Origin: a bacterium
GTDB taxonomy: Bacteria > Electryoneota > Electryoneia > Electryoneales > Electryoneaceae
DNA length: 50,313 bases
Assembly: GCA_043801585.1 (NCBI GenBank)
Contig: JAZDLX010000076.1
Coordinates: forward strand, 1 to 50,313
Direction of reading: 5' to 3'
A program made the translations under genes and the position numbers. Under the pieces are notes generated by a model, which did no database searches, was not told the DNA's origin, and worked only from the letters and a program-made list of their open reading frames with translations. Each line of letters begins with the position of its first letter. Position 1 is the first letter of the stretch. Below, piece after piece: positions 48,262 through 50,313 of this stretch.

Positions 48262-50004
48262 TCACCACGGTTTCTTTGCTTTGGCTTGACTTTGCGGAAT
48301 CTGCTTGCGTACAACGTCTTTCAGCAACTCTTTTTCATCCTGTTGCAACTGATCGAGCAGCCGTTTTGCGACCTCCTTGTCCATCTGATCTCGAGGGGGT
48401 GGTGGCTGCTGCTGTTGTTCGTTCTGCTTGTTCTGTTGATCCTGCTGATCCTGTTTGTCCTGATTCTGCTGTTGTTGCTGCTGTTGCTTGTCCTGCTTCT
48501 GCTGTTGTTGCTGCTGTTGCTTGTCCTGCTTCTGCTGTTGTTGCTGCATCCGGCGAACGATTTCCAGATTGCGTTTCGCGTCCAGGTCTTTGGGATCGCG
48601 TTTCAACGCGTCAATCAGGCTCTCGATGGCCTGGTCGTAGTTCTTCGCCTGTGCCTGTGCCGTTCCACGGTTGTAATCTGCACGGGCGAGCAGCTGTTTG
48701 CGAGTCTCCTCGGGGAGCATCCGGTAAAGGCTGTCCGCGAGTTGGACCTGTCCCTTGCGAGCGTAAATCCCCGCCAGGTCATAGGTCAGCTCCGGCCGCA
48801 GAGAGTCGTGGGTCGCTTTCGCCTGCAGGTATTTTGACAGAGCGGCATCGTACTCGCTCTCAATGACCTTTTTGTTGCCCTCTTTGACAAGAGTATGGGC
48901 GGTCTGGGCCGTGGACGGAGAGGGCAGCAGCGTGCACCCGCCGATCAGCAGCAGGACGACCAGCATGGAGTCCACCGGATGCTGAGCACGACGTTTTCCA
49001 TTGCGTCCCTCGGGCAGAGCGAACTGGAGCGCAAGCAGTACCAGCGCAACCATCAGCAGCGGTTGGAAACGGTCTTCATAGCCGGTGATCCTGCGCGATT
49101 CGAGTTCACTGCGGTCCAGCTTGAACAGCTCTCTGTACACCTCTCGGAAGGCACCATCACCCTCCCCGGCCCGGTGGTAGGACCCGTGGCCGGCGTCCGC
49201 GATGTCACGCAGGAGTTCCTCGTTGAGACGGCTGGTGACTACCTGGCCGTTTTCGTCGGTCAGCCACCCCGTTCGTTCTCCCTTGTCGTCATAGACCGGG
49301 ATCGGATCGCCCTTCGCCTGCGCCATGCCGATAGTCCAGATCTGCACGCCCTGTTTGGCGGCATTCTTGGCGGCGGCTACGGCATTCCCTTCATGATCCT
49401 CTCCGTCCGAGACGATGACAATCGCCTGGCCACGTTTTTTCTCATTGTTCCTCGGGAAAAGTTGCATCGCGGTCTGGATGGCGGTGGCGATGTCGGTGCC
49501 GGGGACGGGGATCAGGTCGGTCGCGAGGATGTCAAGAAACATCCGCGCGGCGGCGTAGTCGAGCGTCATCGGGAGCAGGGGATAGGCCTCACCGGCGAAG
49601 GGCACGAGGCCGACACGGTCGCCTTTCATCCCTTCAAGGAATTTCGAAAGTTCGTAGCGTGTCTTGCCGAGACGGCTGGGGCGAATATCCTGACTGTCCA
49701 TGCTCCTGGAAACGTCCACCGCGAGCACGATGTCGATTCCCTCACGGGTGACCTCTTCATAGCGCGTGCCGATGCGGGGATTGGCGAGGCCGACCGAGAG
49801 AAAAATCAGGGCCGCAATAAACAGCCACCGGCGGAGACGGCGCAGTGCGGCGGATCGACCGGGAGCCAGTCGGTCCCAGAGCGCTTCCGTTGCAAACCGC
49901 CTGCGCTCGCTGTCGTCACGCCGTCCAAGCAGCAGTTCGGCGAGTGCCAGCAGCGCCGGTACGGCCAGCGCGATCAGCCACAGTGGTTGTCCCCAGAGAA
50001 TCAT
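48262..50004 (-). CDS. batB: BatB-BatC fusion (VWA + TM + TPR + Gln-rich tail)
   Basis: LANPR.G, MIDAS DVSRSM, PSRL..K, GDRVGL..FAG, SDGEDHE; then TPR YNRG, DAKRNLE, poly-Q, terminal KPW. Confidence 0.9.
   Translation of the reverse strand: MILWGQPLWLIALAVPALLALAELLLGRRDDSERRRFATEALWDRLAPGRSAALRRLRRWLFIAALIFLSVGLANPRIGTRYEEVTREGIDIVLAVDVSRSMDSQDIRPSRLGKTRYELSKFLEGMKGDRVGLVPFAGEAYPLLPMTLDYAAARMFLDILATDLIPVPGTDIATAIQTAMQLFPRNNEKKRGQAIVIVSDGEDHEGNAVAAAKNAAKQGVQIWTIGMAQAKGDPIPVYDDKGERTGWLTDENGQVVTSRLNEELLRDIADAGHGSYHRAGEGDGAFREVYRELFKLDRSELESRRITGYEDRFQPLLMVALVLLALQFALPEGRNGKRRAQHPVDSMLVVLLLIGGCTLLPSPSTAQTAHTLVKEGNKKVIESEYDAALSKYLQAKATHDSLRPELTYDLAGIYARKGQVQLADSLYRMLPEETRKQLLARADYNRGTAQAQAKNYDQAIESLIDALKRDPKDLDAKRNLEIVRRMQQQQQKQDKQQQQQQQKQDKQQQQQQQNQDKQDQQDQQNKQNEQQQQPPPPRDQMDKEVAKRLLDQLQQDEKELLKDVVRKQIPQSQAKAKKPW
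48455..48547 (-). repeat. 33-bp-period coding tandem repeat, (K/N)QDKQQQQQQQ
   Basis: CTGTTGCTTGTCCTGCTTCTGCTGTTGTTGCTG repeated within the BatC-like tail. Confidence 0.8.
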
Positions 50005-50091
50005 GAGTCTTTAATGCCTCGGTTCTTCATCTATCTCATCTCGAACAATGCATGTCGTGTCCCTGGCGAAACGTTGCCCTGACACGATACA

Positions 50092-50313
50092 CTACACCGC
50101 CAGCCTCCGCATTCGTGTCAGCACCAGCAGACGTTCGATCACCAGCAGCATAAACGCCAGCGCCGCGAAGGAGTAGAAACGTTCGCGCCAGTGGCGCACG
50201 TGTTCCACCTGAACCTTCGTTTTTTCCAGTTCGTCAATCCTGCTATAAATCTCACGCAGACCCTCGGCGGTGGTTGCCCGAAAATAGGCGCCTCCGGTCA
50301 ATGTGGCGATTTT
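50092..50313 (-). CDS. batA: BatA-like VWA protein, C-terminal fragment (runs off the window)
   Basis: TGGAYFRAT....L.EIY..IDELEKT and C-terminal TM; directly upstream of batB. Confidence 0.85.
   Translation of the reverse strand, partial: KIATLTGGAYFRATTAEGLREIYSRIDELEKTKVQVEHVRHWRERFYSFAALAFMLLVIERLLVLTRMRRLAV

Noticed and set aside
48262..50004. BatB-BatC fusion and poly-Q repeat as novelty
   Set aside because: VWA-TPR fusions with Gln-rich tails are common in Bat/MoxR operons

Overview
GC-rich bacterial chromosomal segment from a diderm, probably motile organism (LolE/LolD, a chemoreceptor, a Bat operon). About 42 genes, mostly housekeeping or transport: POT peptide transporter, glutaredoxin, orphan groES, a large FN3-like/LRR lipoprotein, HAD phosphatase, CDF transporter, tricorn protease, cytoplasmic MCP, 5'-nucleotidase, a sigma-54 response regulator coupled to an ImmA/IrrE-type peptidase, two tandem TetA-like MFS genes, ppa, lolE, lolD, clpC, D-amino-acid aminotransferase, marC, yjbQ, Mut7-C RNase, a TPAT (TatT-DctP-DctQ-DctM) transporter coupled to a TPR-DUF3108-like protein, tandem-domain thyX and batA-batB/C-batD-batE. 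I saw no rRNA, tRNA, CRISPR array, integrase or transposase. Most notable: (1) an oriC-like cluster of DnaA boxes around an AT-rich core between batD and batE; (2) two GTAG-type REP doublets (REPINs), one lying between exact 54-bp copies of the clpC 3' end; (3) several proteins that appear to have lost key residues (PLD-like + McrB/Mrr-N-like, AbiJ/HEPN-like, YcgR-like + pseudo-receivers, globin sensor, HisKA without ATPase domain); (4) a 46-aa zinc-ribbon microprotein missed by the ORF track; (5) frameshifts in clpC and marC at simple repeats. Domain calls come from motif recognition by eye, not database searches.
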